Below are positions 11,161-21,988 of a stretch of DNA of 64,000 nt, in pieces. The notes beneath the pieces are model-generated. The model saw only the letters and a list, made by a program, of their open reading frames with translations, was not told the origin of the DNA and searched no databases. The stretch comes from Acinetobacter phage vB_AbaM_ME3. The first letter of the stretch is position 1. Each line of letters begins with the position of its first letter. Position numbers and translations under genes: made by a program. The stretch is from the sequence record KU935715.1, one strand, 5' to 3'.

Positions 11161-11210
11161 CTCTATTTTGATCTAAGATTTCAAGAAGCTTTGCTTCATA
11201 ATCTACATCA

Positions 11211-11900
11211 TCAGACATTAGTACATCCTATTACTACCTTATTAATTCTTCTAGTAACCATCATTCCAGAAGGGACAGATAAAGTATAAATCTTATCTTC
11301 ATATGTAGATTTTATAATATCATTAGAATCAAATGGAGCTGTATTAGTTTCTAAATAATAAGCACTAGTCTCATTGTCATTAATGATAACTGAATATCCT
11401 TTTAATACACCTTCAGCTTGGATAGCATCTAATTCATCTTTAGTATAAGTTCTATCAAAATATAGTTCAGGGATATTTTGGATATCCCTTTTCCCTGTGG
11501 TGTATAAATAATTATTATGATCAAGATTAATATTATGAATATAATCTACTTTATGAGTAGAGCCTTCATCAGTATATTCAAGATAAGGTATTTGAGAATC
11601 AGGTGTAACTGTAAGTAAAGATAGCCCTAAAGAACTAGTAATAGTAATTAAGATACCTGAATAATCAACACAACTATAGTTAGAACCTTTTTCAAAACTA
11701 ATACTAAAGTCAGAATTAAATTGAGCTATAAGATCATTATCAAGATTTACATCTTTTAAACGTTTCCACCCATTATTTGTAAGAACTGAAGTGTATTTAT
11801 CAAAATAATTTTTATAATTCAAAATCCAATACTCCAGAAGGAACATCATCAATCGCTCTAATTTTTTGATAATTAGTATTATCACCTTCCTGATTAGCAT
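11211..11900 (-). CDS. hypothetical protein (start probably internal; the ORF overlaps nrdB by 89 nt)
   Basis: ORF track. Confidence 0.35.
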   Translation of the reverse strand: MLIRKVIILIIKKLERLMMFLLEYWILNYKNYFDKYTSVLTNNGWKRLKDVNLDNDLIAQFNSDFSISFEKGSNYSCVDYSGILITITSSLGLSLLTVTPDSQIPYLEYTDEGSTHKVDYIHNINLDHNNYLYTTGKRDIQNIPELYFDRTYTKDELDAIQAEGVLKGYSVIINDNETSAYYLETNTAPFDSNDIIKSTYEDKIYTLSVPSGMMVTRRINKVVIGCTNV

Positions 11901-12918
11901 TTTGGAAAGAATCTATATCCAACCAGTCTTTCATATAAGGAAGAGGATTTACAGGAACATTATTTTCATTAGTAATCCCTACAGGCAATCCTGCAAAGTA
12001 AGCATTATAGTATGTCCAATCATCAAGTAATTCTCTTGTTAAACCTACAGCTTTTCTTCCTTCAGAAAAGATATATTTATTCCAAGCTAACTCGGAAGCT
12101 GTTACATCTTTATGGAGATCAACTAGATCATTCCAACACTCTCTAACAGCAATTTTTCCTCGTGGATCTTTTTCAATAATATTCTTAAGAACATAAGCAA
12201 GCACTGCCGCATGACAAGTAAGTTCATCAGTCGCAATTTTTTGAATTAATTTACAAATTCCTACAAAATACCCTTGTTCAGCTGTAACAAAAGTAGTAGC
12301 AAAAGAAGACATAAATTGTAAACGTTCTGCTAAGAACATTGCATAGATTGCTTTAAAGACTCTATTAAAGAGATTTTGATCGTTAGAAATACGGCCTGAA
12401 ATATAATCAGCCCCAGCTATTTGAAGATCTTCTAAAACTTGAGAAACCTTAACAAATCTATTAGAAATATGTTCATTTTTACTAATATTTTCAATAATTA
12501 AATGAGTCTCTTTAGGAAGACAAAGTCTAATAATTTCTGAATACGTTAAAGCATGAAGACCTTCAATTTCTTGATTTTTAGCTTGCGCTAACCAGAATTC
12601 ACTATTCGTAATAAAAGGTGCTAACAAAGTTGCAAAAGACCTAGAAGCAATACTATCAAATTCCCATTGATAACTAAGATTTTTAATCATTAAGTCTTTA
12701 ATATATTTTGGAGCATTAACTTCCATGTCAATTTTACTTTCAATTAGGCTTACTTCGTTTTCTTCCCAATCAATTTCTTTTTGTCTTTTATATAAATCAA
12801 ATAATGTGGGATGAGCCACATTAATACTATCATGTAATCCTAAACGTTCGCCTAAGATTAAAGGATAGTGACCATTTTCCCATCCTGAATTATTTAAATT
12901 AATTAATGTTTCAGACAT
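11812..12918 (-). CDS. nrdB: ribonucleotide reductase small subunit (class I R2)
   Basis: Iron-ligand helices (ERLQFMSSF...TDELTCH) and an R1-binding C-terminal tail DDVPSGVLDFEL. Confidence 0.85.
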   Translation of the reverse strand: MSETLINLNNSGWENGHYPLILGERLGLHDSINVAHPTLFDLYKRQKEIDWEENEVSLIESKIDMEVNAPKYIKDLMIKNLSYQWEFDSIASRSFATLLAPFITNSEFWLAQAKNQEIEGLHALTYSEIIRLCLPKETHLIIENISKNEHISNRFVKVSQVLEDLQIAGADYISGRISNDQNLFNRVFKAIYAMFLAERLQFMSSFATTFVTAEQGYFVGICKLIQKIATDELTCHAAVLAYVLKNIIEKDPRGKIAVRECWNDLVDLHKDVTASELAWNKYIFSEGRKAVGLTRELLDDWTYYNAYFAGLPVGITNENNVPVNPLPYMKDWLDIDSFQNANQEGDNTNYQKIRAIDDVPSGVLDFEL

Positions 12919-12936
12919 TATTTATTATTCTCATTC

Positions 12937-15313
12937 TTATAGAGAGCATCCACCACTACCACACGAAGCAGCTTTAGATCCTTCATCTTCACTATTTGTT
13001 TTACTGTTTGTATAATATTGAGTTTTTAAACCCATTTTAATTTTATATAAAAAATCTGAATATAATTTTTTCTTAGTTAATTCACTATTAGATCTTGTAA
13101 AATCATGATAGAAATCTGCTGAAATAGACTGATCATTAAATTTTTGAAAAATTGCATAATGGTCTACTAAATGTTTAGTTTCAACTTCCCATGCAATTTC
13201 ATAATTCCATTGTAGTTCTTCAAAATGAGGAGCAATAGATACATTAACATTAGCGCCATCAGTTTTAACAATCTTACCTCTACGAATAGGATATAGTCCA
13301 TTAACACTGTTTAATACTTGGGAACTTGATTCACAAGGCATGTGAGCTACTAAAGAAGAATGAGCTAAGCCACCATTTTCAATAATTTCTTGACTTAAAG
13401 CTTTATAATCATATCTATATTCAAAATCAGCAATACCATCGACAGCATGACAATAAGTATCTAAAGGAGTCCAACCTTCAGGTAATTTAGATTTAAACAT
13501 CCAAGGAGCTACACCACGTTCTTTAGAAATCTTTAAAGAAGCTTTGGCTAGCATATACCAATGACGCTCAGCTATAAAATGAGCATGTTGTTTACCAGCT
13601 TTAGAACTATAATATAAGCCCTTACGTGCTAACTCATATGCAAAGTTAGTTAAACCTACACCAGCATTCATCCTTTGAGCAGCAGTATATTTAACATTAG
13701 GAAATTCATAAGAAGAATTTAAAATAACGTAATCAATAACACGTAATAGATAATAACAAATATCTAAATATTCTTCATCTGTAAAATCACGATGTAAATT
13801 AACACCAGCAATATTACATAAAGCAATCTCATTTTTCGATTCAATCTTCTTAACTACTTTACCATTGACAGTATCACCTGCTTTAACATTAGCTAAAGAC
13901 CAACGAGCAGATTCAATATCAACTATCACTTCTTCAGATTTATCTTCATAAGTGATATAAGCCCATTCAGAAGAAAATTCTTCATAGAGTTCTCTAACAG
14001 AATGGAATGGTTTAGTAGGAAGAGTTATTTCAAGACACAAATTACTTGAATAGATTGGATCTTTATGTGGAGTATGATAATTAATCTGATAACTATCCCC
14101 ACTATATAATCTACCTGTTTCATACTGTTCAGAGAGACAGACATCAGCTAAATCACGAGCTCTAATAAAGGTCTTTTTAACACTATCATCTAGTTCATAC
14201 TTTTCATACAACTCTACATAGTCTTCATAACGATTAGAGTAGAATGCTTCATATAGATCAGGAGCATCTTTAAGACTGATTAACATCCATTGTTCGTCAT
14301 TGATTACTTTAATACCAAAGTAACGATTGTACATAAATGCATAATCGATTTCATCAACTTTTAATTCAGCAACAGTAGAAGGATTACGTGCTTTTACAAT
14401 TACTTCAATTTCTGGATCATTAATAGGCACATAAGTAGTTAAAGCACCACCTCGACTACCTTGCTTATTAGATTTAGTAATACCTTGAGCAGCTTTATGA
14501 TACCCTTGCTTACCTTGGTGGATAATAGTTCCACCTTTAACAGAATCTCCTATAGATCTAATAATATAATTATTACCTAAACCAGCAGCTGCAATAGTCA
14601 TCATTTCAGTAATATGATTAGCTGCTGCAATAGATCTAGAAGTATCTTCAATAGAATATAAGCAACAACTTGCACCTGTACGTCTAACTGTTCCAATGTA
14701 AGACCAGTTAGGACTAGGTAAATTCATATCCAGATTATCTAAATATTTTAAAAAATTATTAATATGGTACATTCTGTTTTCATCTTTCTCGAAGACTGCT
14801 AATGCAATACGAGCAAACATGAATCGAGGAGTTTCATAAGTTTGTTTTGAAACTCGATCTCTAACAAAATATTTAGATTCCATCTGATTGATTTGAGTAT
14901 AAGACAAATCAAAATCTTTATGATGTGTTAACCATCCATCTATAATATCTAATTCTTCCTCAGTGTAATCAAATTTAAGGTAATACCCTTTCTCATACAT
15001 ATAACGAAGATGATCTTTTAATGGTGGAGGTACATCTAACCCTGTATAAGCAAAAACACGCTTATATAAATCAGCAGTATAAAGTTTACCAGCTACTTGT
15101 AAATGAGCAGTTGTAGCTTGATCAAGACAAGCACTAATAAGAGCATTGATAATATCTTGTACAGTACAACCATCATGTAACTTTTTTAAGCCGTTAAGCG
15201 CAATCTCACTCCATGATACACCATGAACTGCTCCGCCAATTGGCTAATTTGTTTAATTTATCTGCTTGGAACTTAACTCTTCGTCCATTACGTTTAATTA
15301 CAGTATTAATCAA
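12937..15313 (-). CDS. nrdA: ribonucleotide reductase large subunit (class I R1), requiring a +1 shift at CGG 15233..15235
   Basis: The track ORF starts at an internal Met. Upstream, a TTG start with an AAGAG RBS encodes the ATP cone: INTVIKRNGRRVKFQADKLNKLANW (E. coli VTKRDGSTERINLDKIHRVLDW). After AAT TGG CGG, the frame continues at +1 as GAVHGVSWSEIALNG.... The C-terminus carries the CxxC tail ...CGSGGCSL. Confidence 0.85.
15233..15235 (-). other. +1 frameshift site (in-frame CGG; TGG CGG A -> GGA) in nrdA
   Basis: Homology to NrdA is continuous only if the C of the CGG is skipped. Confidence 0.7.
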
Positions 15314-15315
15314 AA

Positions 15316-15798
15316 TTAACTCTTATTTTTACTTTCTTTAATCTTTTTATATATGTTACGTCTATACTCTCTATCTTTATCTAATTTTTCTTGTTTTTTT
15401 AAGTTCTTAGATTCTAGACCAGTATATTCAAATGGTGGGTAATCAACAGAATCAATTAATTCTTTTAACTCTTCTGGAGACTTAACCATTTTATTATGTT
15501 TAATCCTAACTAATTTAATACCATGCTTAGTTAAATACTCTAATTTCTGTTGATCGTAATCTCTCCCTTTTTTATAGTCTTCAAACTCTTTATGGAAGAA
15601 AGGAACAAATTGATCATGTTGAATTCCATCGTACTCAACCGCAATACCTAGACTAGGGATAAATAAATCAAGTCTTTGATTAAGATCATGGAGAGGGAAC
15701 TCATAAATAATTTCTAGCTTAGGATAAATCTCTCTAAGCATATCAAAGATAGTTCTTTGATCTTTACTTCCTCTACCATCTACTTCATTTGAAGCCAT
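15316..15798 (-). CDS. PD-(D/E)xK (Vsr/DUF559-like) endonuclease, free-standing
   Basis: RLDLFIPSLGIAVEYDGIQH..., the Vsr-like nuclease core. It shares this core with the C-terminus of the recA intron endonuclease. Confidence 0.6.
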   Translation of the reverse strand: MASNEVDGRGSKDQRTIFDMLREIYPKLEIIYEFPLHDLNQRLDLFIPSLGIAVEYDGIQHDQFVPFFHKEFEDYKKGRDYDQQKLEYLTKHGIKLVRIKHNKMVKSPEELKELIDSVDYPPFEYTGLESKNLKKQEKLDKDREYRRNIYKKIKESKNKS

Positions 15799-15800
15799 AT

Positions 15801-16139
15801 TTAAAAACCTCTAGTATCAACAACTGCTCCGCCTAAATCATGGCCAGTAATTTTCTCTGAGATATGTTCTCCAGAATAATTATAATTTCTAGAAATCCAA
15901 TCAATATAATAATAAAATTCAATATCTGATTCGACTTTTTTGAAATTATCTAAATGGAAACCAAGTTTAGAAGATCTATCTATAATTTCATTTAAATGAA
16001 CAGTACGATAGTAGTCATCACAATAATAAACAAATGTACGGGAGTCATCTTTAAATATAATTAAAACTCTTTGTACACCATTACTACCACTGACATAAAT
16101 AGGGTCTGTACCTTCTAAATAAGTATATTCTACTTTCAT
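15801..16139 (-). CDS. hypothetical protein
   Basis: ORF track. Confidence 0.4.
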   Translation of the reverse strand: MKVEYTYLEGTDPIYVSGSNGVQRVLIIFKDDSRTFVYYCDDYYRTVHLNEIIDRSSKLGFHLDNFKKVESDIEFYYYIDWISRNYNYSGEHISEKITGHDLGGAVVDTRGF

Positions 16140-17029
16140 TTAATATTTACCAATTCAATATATTTATTCTTTTTAGTATTTTTAACATTTGGAACTACAA
16201 CTCCAAACATTTGATGTATAGTGCATGGAGATATAGGGCAACTAGGACAGTTTGTTAAATTAGCATGAGAGAAATCAATATAGAATGACTCTATAAAATC
16301 TGTAGCATATCTTCTTACAGAAGTACTCAGATTTATACTATTTAAAATAATAGAAGGTTTTTCTAAAGATATTTGAATAACGGAGAGGGAAGATGCGTTA
16401 GGATAAGCTGCAATAGTATTTAATACATTAAGATTAGAATAAATACTTTGATGTGAGGTGATTGGAATGATAAGAATATTATGGAGGGAGAAATCAGTTT
16501 TAACAATTTGAACAGGAATTTCCCAATAATAATTATTATTAACAGGAGTTATATTTATAAACTTTGTCTTACCAACACCTCGTAAAAGTGTTTTAACTTC
16601 TAAGACTTCTTCACTTCTAACAATACTTAATAAGGATTCATATACTTTCACAAGTGAAGTCCAATAGTGAGCAATTTGAATAGAAGTGATAGCTTGAGCT
16701 TTTTTCCTAGAAAACCCAGTAATAACATTATAAAAATAATTCTCATAAGATAAAATATTTTTATTCAATTCTAAAGAATTTAACAAAATGCTATTACATA
16801 TATAAGCAGCAAAGCTATTTATATTTTTATCATAAATATTAGAAATACGATGGAAAGAATGAAGAGATGTCTTAAATTTTACATATCTCTCATTCGTAGG
16901 TATCTTATTAGTATTAGGGCAATAATTTGATAACACAATATCATCTATATGATACATGTTAGAATATTTAATCATATGAATTACAAGCACCATTGTTAAA
17001 AGCACAATAGCGACATTGGTAATCTCCAA
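16136..17029 (-). CDS. hypothetical protein
   Basis: ORF track. Confidence 0.4.
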   Translation of the reverse strand: MEITNVAIVLLTMVLVIHMIKYSNMYHIDDIVLSNYCPNTNKIPTNERYVKFKTSLHSFHRISNIYDKNINSFAAYICNSILLNSLELNKNILSYENYFYNVITGFSRKKAQAITSIQIAHYWTSLVKVYESLLSIVRSEEVLEVKTLLRGVGKTKFINITPVNNNYYWEIPVQIVKTDFSLHNILIIPITSHQSIYSNLNVLNTIAAYPNASSLSVIQISLEKPSIILNSINLSTSVRRYATDFIESFYIDFSHANLTNCPSCPISPCTIHQMFGVVVPNVKNTKKNKYIELVNIK

Positions 17030-17873
17030 TAGGATTATTTACAGGGTCCTTAACCCACTTATCATAAGCATATTTAGGAATCTCACCTAATCGATACTTT
17101 GCTTCAATTTCTTCTACTGTGTATTCTTGAATGTATTCTTTCATAGGAATTGTGTTAGACATTAAAGCATCAATTAACTTTAACTCCGCTTTATCAATTC
17201 CATCAGAAGACACACTCATTTCAGTATAAGAATGATATTCTCCATTCCAATTAGTTTCAATCAACGGATATAAATTGCCATTAACTTCTGTAAATGTAAT
17301 GCGAAACTGCTTATACTTATACCAATCACCACAAGATCTATCTATATAACATAAATTAATAGCTTTCACTTCATCTTTATATACCATTAAGTATCTGAAC
17401 GCTTGAAGCAAATGAGAGATCTTTGGAGATGGTCTTTTTGTACGATTACCTAGTATAGCTTGAGCAGTAGTATAATTACTTCCATCATAGGTTTTTACTT
17501 CAATTAATTCTAATTCTCCAGTAGAGGGATTAGTAATACTAACATCTACTAATCCCTTCATATACCTAGAAGGATCAGAAGCAATGAATTGACTATCTTC
17601 ATAAATACCTACTTGCTGTAATTGATTGATAAACCAATCTTCCCACCAATTACCACTAAAGGCTGCCATTCTAGCTTTTAAACTTATTGTAGAAGATTTG
17701 GGATGATTAGTTTTATCTAACCATACTTGTCTTAAGCAAGAACCTACTTGTTTATCTGTTGAAAGATCATAACAAACTTGTCCAGATGGATTAATAGCTA
17801 ATAAGTTAGGACGCTTAAGCTTGGATGGTTTTTCTAGATTTTCTCTAATTTTTCCAAAAATATCTAAATACAT
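16968..17873 (-). CDS. PD-(D/E)xK nuclease with Cys cluster (Cas4/RecB-like exonuclease)
   Basis: D...ELELIEVK core plus an N-terminal Cys and a C-terminal C-x2-C-x5-C (YQCRYCAFNNGAC), as in Fe-S Cas4/AddB nucleases. Confidence 0.45.
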   Translation of the reverse strand: MYLDIFGKIRENLEKPSKLKRPNLLAINPSGQVCYDLSTDKQVGSCLRQVWLDKTNHPKSSTISLKARMAAFSGNWWEDWFINQLQQVGIYEDSQFIASDPSRYMKGLVDVSITNPSTGELELIEVKTYDGSNYTTAQAILGNRTKRPSPKISHLLQAFRYLMVYKDEVKAINLCYIDRSCGDWYKYKQFRITFTEVNGNLYPLIETNWNGEYHSYTEMSVSSDGIDKAELKLIDALMSNTIPMKEYIQEYTVEEIEAKYRLGEIPKYAYDKWVKDPVNNPIGDYQCRYCAFNNGACNSYD

Positions 17874-17885
17874 TTATTCTTCTTT

Positions 17886-18356
17886 TTAAATCATTACTAA
17901 ATAATATTGAGAATCAGCTTTATGATTTTTATTCCAATCCCCAATATAAAACATATTTTCTTTGTAATCCTTAAAAGCTTCAGGTAATTCAGGAAGGTCA
18001 TTAGGGCTTTTAACTTTAATAATAATCAAACTATCTTCATCTATAGAATAATCAAGATAAGTAGAAAGATTATATTGAGTAGTTAAGTCTACATACAGAA
18101 CATCAACAGGATGATTAAGACAACCATCTTCAAAGTTCTGTTTTAAACCAAAGCCCATATTTGTTACTGAATAACCAGCAGTATAAGGAATACTATCATA
18201 GTCGCTACCAATAAGTAGCACATTACAAACTCGATATTTATTATTAAAGTTATGGAAAAATTTATCATCCTTATCATTAATAATTAACATTCTATTTGTT
18301 TTTCTTAGATAATTAAACGCTACTTCACGAGTAGCATCTAAATGTACATCAGACAT
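17886..18356 (-). CDS. hypothetical protein
   Basis: ORF track. Confidence 0.4.
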   Translation of the reverse strand: MSDVHLDATREVAFNYLRKTNRMLIINDKDDKFFHNFNNKYRVCNVLLIGSDYDSIPYTAGYSVTNMGFGLKQNFEDGCLNHPVDVLYVDLTTQYNLSTYLDYSIDEDSLIIIKVKSPNDLPELPEAFKDYKENMFYIGDWNKNHKADSQYYLVMI

Positions 18357-18358
18357 TA

Positions 18359-18820
18359 TTATATTTTCGCTAAAATAATATTTTTTAAAGTTATTTTAGA
18401 CATATCAACAGACAACAACTTCTCAGATGTAGTTACATAATTATTATTTTCTATTTCAATATCTGAAATAATCTGTTGTAATTTAAATGTGTGTGCATAA
18501 GAAACATCTTGAAATATAACTTTATTACATTCAAGTCCACTTACAATACTCTGACTAAAACTTATAGAACTATCTATTAAAGATAAAATAGATAATCTAC
18601 ATACATTAGGATACTGATATACTTTAATGTAAACATTATTTTGGAATATCTTAATACCTACAAAACCAATTATAATATTATTAGTAGTTACAATTCCACA
18701 ATAATCCATAACATCAGGATCAAAACCTTTGAAGATCTTTAACCCTGTAAGAATTGTATCTTTGTATGTTCCAGTAAGAGAGGTGTAGTCAGTGAAGTAA
18801 TCAATATTAATATCTGACAT
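18359..18820 (-). CDS. hypothetical protein
   Basis: ORF track. Confidence 0.4.
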   Translation of the reverse strand: MSDINIDYFTDYTSLTGTYKDTILTGLKIFKGFDPDVMDYCGIVTTNNIIIGFVGIKIFQNNVYIKVYQYPNVCRLSILSLIDSSISFSQSIVSGLECNKVIFQDVSYAHTFKLQQIISDIEIENNNYVTTSEKLLSVDMSKITLKNIILAKI

Positions 18821-18830
18821 AAGAAAACTC

Positions 18831-19649
18831 TTATAAGATACTATCTAACAATTCAGATGTATTTGTAGAACCATCAATGCCTTTACCCCAAGTTCCAACA
18901 TGATGAGTAACAGTATATTCACTACAACGAATTTTACTTCCATTATAATCTACAGGAACTGATACGATATTTCTTACATCAATTTCAACAAGAACAACTT
19001 GATCGCCATAACTAGCAAAACTATTTAAGTATGAAAATGCGCATGCATGTAATCCAGAAGCACAAGTCTTATTAGGATCGTGCGTTACTTTAACACGTGG
19101 CATACTACAAACTTTTCCAGGGGAGTTATCAAATGTTCCTGAGTGCTTATCTTTAAAATCTGGACGAACAACTTTCCAAGCTAATACATTACCATCAGCT
19201 GTGATTGACAGATCGTTAAATTTTAAAAACTCGTACAAACGTTCATAAGTGTCAGTATGAGAAACATCACGTAGACGCTCAATAAACTTACTCCAAGCTT
19301 CTAATGCAATTTGATTGCCTTTCTTAAAGCAATTTAATAGATGGCCTTCAAGTGCAATAGGAATATAATCCTCATCAAACTTCACACGATTGCCAGCTAT
19401 AACTAATCTTCCATTACTCCAATTAACTAAAGCTTTAGTAATAGAATGTAAGTCTTGTAATTCAGCTATTTTAGCAGCTGATAGTTCTTCAGTGTCTAAA
19501 TGTTCTAAAGCAATTCTAACAGCTTTATCAAAATTTACATGGTCTTTATGGAACATGATATTAAGAGAAGCATTAGTAAATAAAACATATTGACTACTCA
19601 AAATAATTTCTACATCTTGAGTGTCTGTGTTTTCGTAATCTGTTGTCAT
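18831..19649 (-). CDS. hypothetical protein
   Basis: ORF track; the ATG overlaps the upstream stop. Confidence 0.4.
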   Translation of the reverse strand: MTTDYENTDTQDVEIILSSQYVLFTNASLNIMFHKDHVNFDKAVRIALEHLDTEELSAAKIAELQDLHSITKALVNWSNGRLVIAGNRVKFDEDYIPIALEGHLLNCFKKGNQIALEAWSKFIERLRDVSHTDTYERLYEFLKFNDLSITADGNVLAWKVVRPDFKDKHSGTFDNSPGKVCSMPRVKVTHDPNKTCASGLHACAFSYLNSFASYGDQVVLVEIDVRNIVSVPVDYNGSKIRCSEYTVTHHVGTWGKGIDGSTNTSELLDSIL

Positions 19650-21988
19650 TATTTTTCCTTAATGGATATATTAATATAATCTTTTAATGCAGGAGGGAGA
19701 CATGTATCTAAGAATGCCTGAACTGTAGTTTCATCTAAAGTAGAGTAAGCGGAGTCAATTAAGGACTGGTCGAGATAAGGTGATAAGTCTTCTAGTCTAA
19801 AAATCATTATTTTCAAATCAGTAGCTTGCATCCATGAAAACATAAAAGACTTATGTATATGTCTAGACGTTTCAACACTGTGCTTTACATTTGAAAGAAG
19901 ATTTTCAAATACTTCTTTTTCTAGATAAGGATGACTATTAAACATATTAGTAGCAAGTAACTTAAATAGAGTTACATTCAAACTACATGAATTCCATACA
20001 TATTGTAACGCTGTTAAGAATTTCATTTCATTAGTAAATAAAGGTTTCAAATCTAATTCTAAAGATTCATTAACTTTATAGACTTTCTTAACAACTTGAC
20101 TAGCCTTTAGTATATTTAAGAATTCTTCTTCCTTACTATCCTCTATTACATAAACATTCTCATATTTATAATGCTGCATATAACATTTAACATGTTGTGG
20201 AGGATAAGGATATTCAGTTTTTAGTCTGTAAAAAACTTCTTCAGTTTCTTCAATATAATCTAAGCCAAAAGGAATAAACTTACCATTACTATCTACTTGT
20301 TTAAAGATCTTCTTCAGTTCAGAATAAGCACTGATAGGGCTGTATTTGTAATAAGAAAAAGCTTGAGTAGTTGTAGAAGAAGCAGTAACAGTTTTATGAT
20401 TTTCAGGTCTAGTAATTTCACTAGCTCTGATTACATCTAAGTTACAAGCACTAGCAACTAAAGATAATAAGTTAAACCCTTCTTCAATTCTGTTCTTCCA
20501 CCCACAAAATAGAAATGAATTAGGTCTTAATACCTTAATAGCTTTATACTGTTCAATGTCTTTAATCCCATACAACCAACTAGAAGGAACTTTAGAATCA
20601 GCATAGATGAATAAAGTTTTCGTATTATTAGCATACCAAGAAGGTTGAAATTGAGATTGACGAGGAATAACTTTATAGTTACTAAGACTAACATCTTGAA
20701 TATGGAATAAAGACTCTACTCTATCTCGTTTAAGTGAATTAGGATCTTTATTAAATACATAACAAAGACTAAAAATATGATAGATAGAAGTATAAGTTGT
20801 TAAAGGCTTAGATAAACTATGACCTTCAAACGATTCAGTAGCAAGAAACCCTAAAGCATCTAAATCAGGAACATCTACATTATTATAAAGTACCTCATGG
20901 ATAGATTTAGGATTATATCCATGAGTCATACAAAATTTATAAAAATTATGAATATTTAAAGCTAGAGGACTAGTTTTAAAATCTTCCTCAAACATCTCTT
21001 GATACTTTTCTTGCATCTTTCCAGAAAGCACATCAAAAGCAATATCAATATAATGTTTAATTACTTCTGTATTTTCTGTAGTCTCTAATACATGTTCTCT
21101 TGTACTTGGTAACTTTAATTTACCAATAGGAATATTAATAATTAAAGTAGAATTATCATTAATAAAATGACTAATCTTTTTATGGTATAAAGCTGCACAA
21201 TCTCGTTCAGTAATTCTATAAATAACTCCACCTATAGAGATAATAGGAGATCTATAGAAGTATCGTTGAGAGTCAGAAAATAATAAAGCATTGGCAGAGC
21301 TATAAATAGTATATTCTTTTTCTTCTTCTAATTTCTTTAATTTATAATCTTCCCAAATATCATATTCAGTAGACACATCATTGATGTCTGAAAGAAACTT
21401 AGGTAATAAGGAAAAATTAAACAATTCAGTTTTGCATGCAGAAGTAATCAAATCTACGTCTTTTTCAGCAAAACTTATTGTATACTTTAATCCATTAGGT
21501 TCAGAAGTTTCTGAAGTAGATTGAATTTTAAGAACAGGAATACCTTCTTCATCTCTGTACCAGAAACATTTATACTCAATACCATCTTTATATGAAGTTA
21601 AGAAGAAAGAAGGAACTAAAGCAAATGGACTCTTTGAACCCAGCCCAAAACCTCCAATTTGATCGTTCGTTTCTCCCTTACTACTCTCATATAAAGTATT
21701 TAAGTATCGATCAATTTCTTCTCCATTCAACCCTGGTCCAAAATCCCTAAGGATAAATGTAGGATCAAATTTAGAAGGTGCTTGAATATAGTATGGATTA
21801 GTATTACCTACAGCTTGATGTGCATCAACAGCATTACAAACTAATTCCCGTACAATAGCCTTATGAGGATTTGTATAAAGATTTTCTAAAATAAATCCAA
21901 AAGATGAACCAGTTACATTAATGGTCATCTTACTCCCTGCCACTTTAGAAGTTGTTTGTAAGGAGTTAACAACAGTATCAATTATCAT
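19649..21988 (-). CDS. GHKL-superfamily (Hsp90/MutL-like Bergerat fold) ATPase domain protein, 779 aa
   Basis: N-box YTNPHKAIVRELVCNAVDA (Hsp90: FYSNKEIFLRELISNASDA), G1 box RDFGPGL, G2 box GGFGLGSKS. It contains the only in-frame CGG in the window that is read as Arg (CGG-G). Confidence 0.55.
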   Translation of the reverse strand: MIIDTVVNSLQTTSKVAGSKMTINVTGSSFGFILENLYTNPHKAIVRELVCNAVDAHQAVGNTNPYYIQAPSKFDPTFILRDFGPGLNGEEIDRYLNTLYESSKGETNDQIGGFGLGSKSPFALVPSFFLTSYKDGIEYKCFWYRDEEGIPVLKIQSTSETSEPNGLKYTISFAEKDVDLITSACKTELFNFSLLPKFLSDINDVSTEYDIWEDYKLKKLEEEKEYTIYSSANALLFSDSQRYFYRSPIISIGGVIYRITERDCAALYHKKISHFINDNSTLIINIPIGKLKLPSTREHVLETTENTEVIKHYIDIAFDVLSGKMQEKYQEMFEEDFKTSPLALNIHNFYKFCMTHGYNPKSIHEVLYNNVDVPDLDALGFLATESFEGHSLSKPLTTYTSIYHIFSLCYVFNKDPNSLKRDRVESLFHIQDVSLSNYKVIPRQSQFQPSWYANNTKTLFIYADSKVPSSWLYGIKDIEQYKAIKVLRPNSFLFCGWKNRIEEGFNLLSLVASACNLDVIRASEITRPENHKTVTASSTTTQAFSYYKYSPISAYSELKKIFKQVDSNGKFIPFGLDYIEETEEVFYRLKTEYPYPPQHVKCYMQHYKYENVYVIEDSKEEEFLNILKASQVVKKVYKVNESLELDLKPLFTNEMKFLTALQYVWNSCSLNVTLFKLLATNMFNSHPYLEKEVFENLLSNVKHSVETSRHIHKSFMFSWMQATDLKIMIFRLEDLSPYLDQSLIDSAYSTLDETTVQAFLDTCLPPALKDYINISIKEK

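Noticed and set aside
11114-11218. Alternative N-terminus for the HNH endonuclease (MSDDVDYEAKLLEILDQNRDVWKTEAEFFSWIRG...) via a CGG at 11114..11116
   Set aside because: This CGG is followed by G. It matches the one CGG-G context that is demonstrably read as Arg without shifting, and the track ATG start is also plausible.
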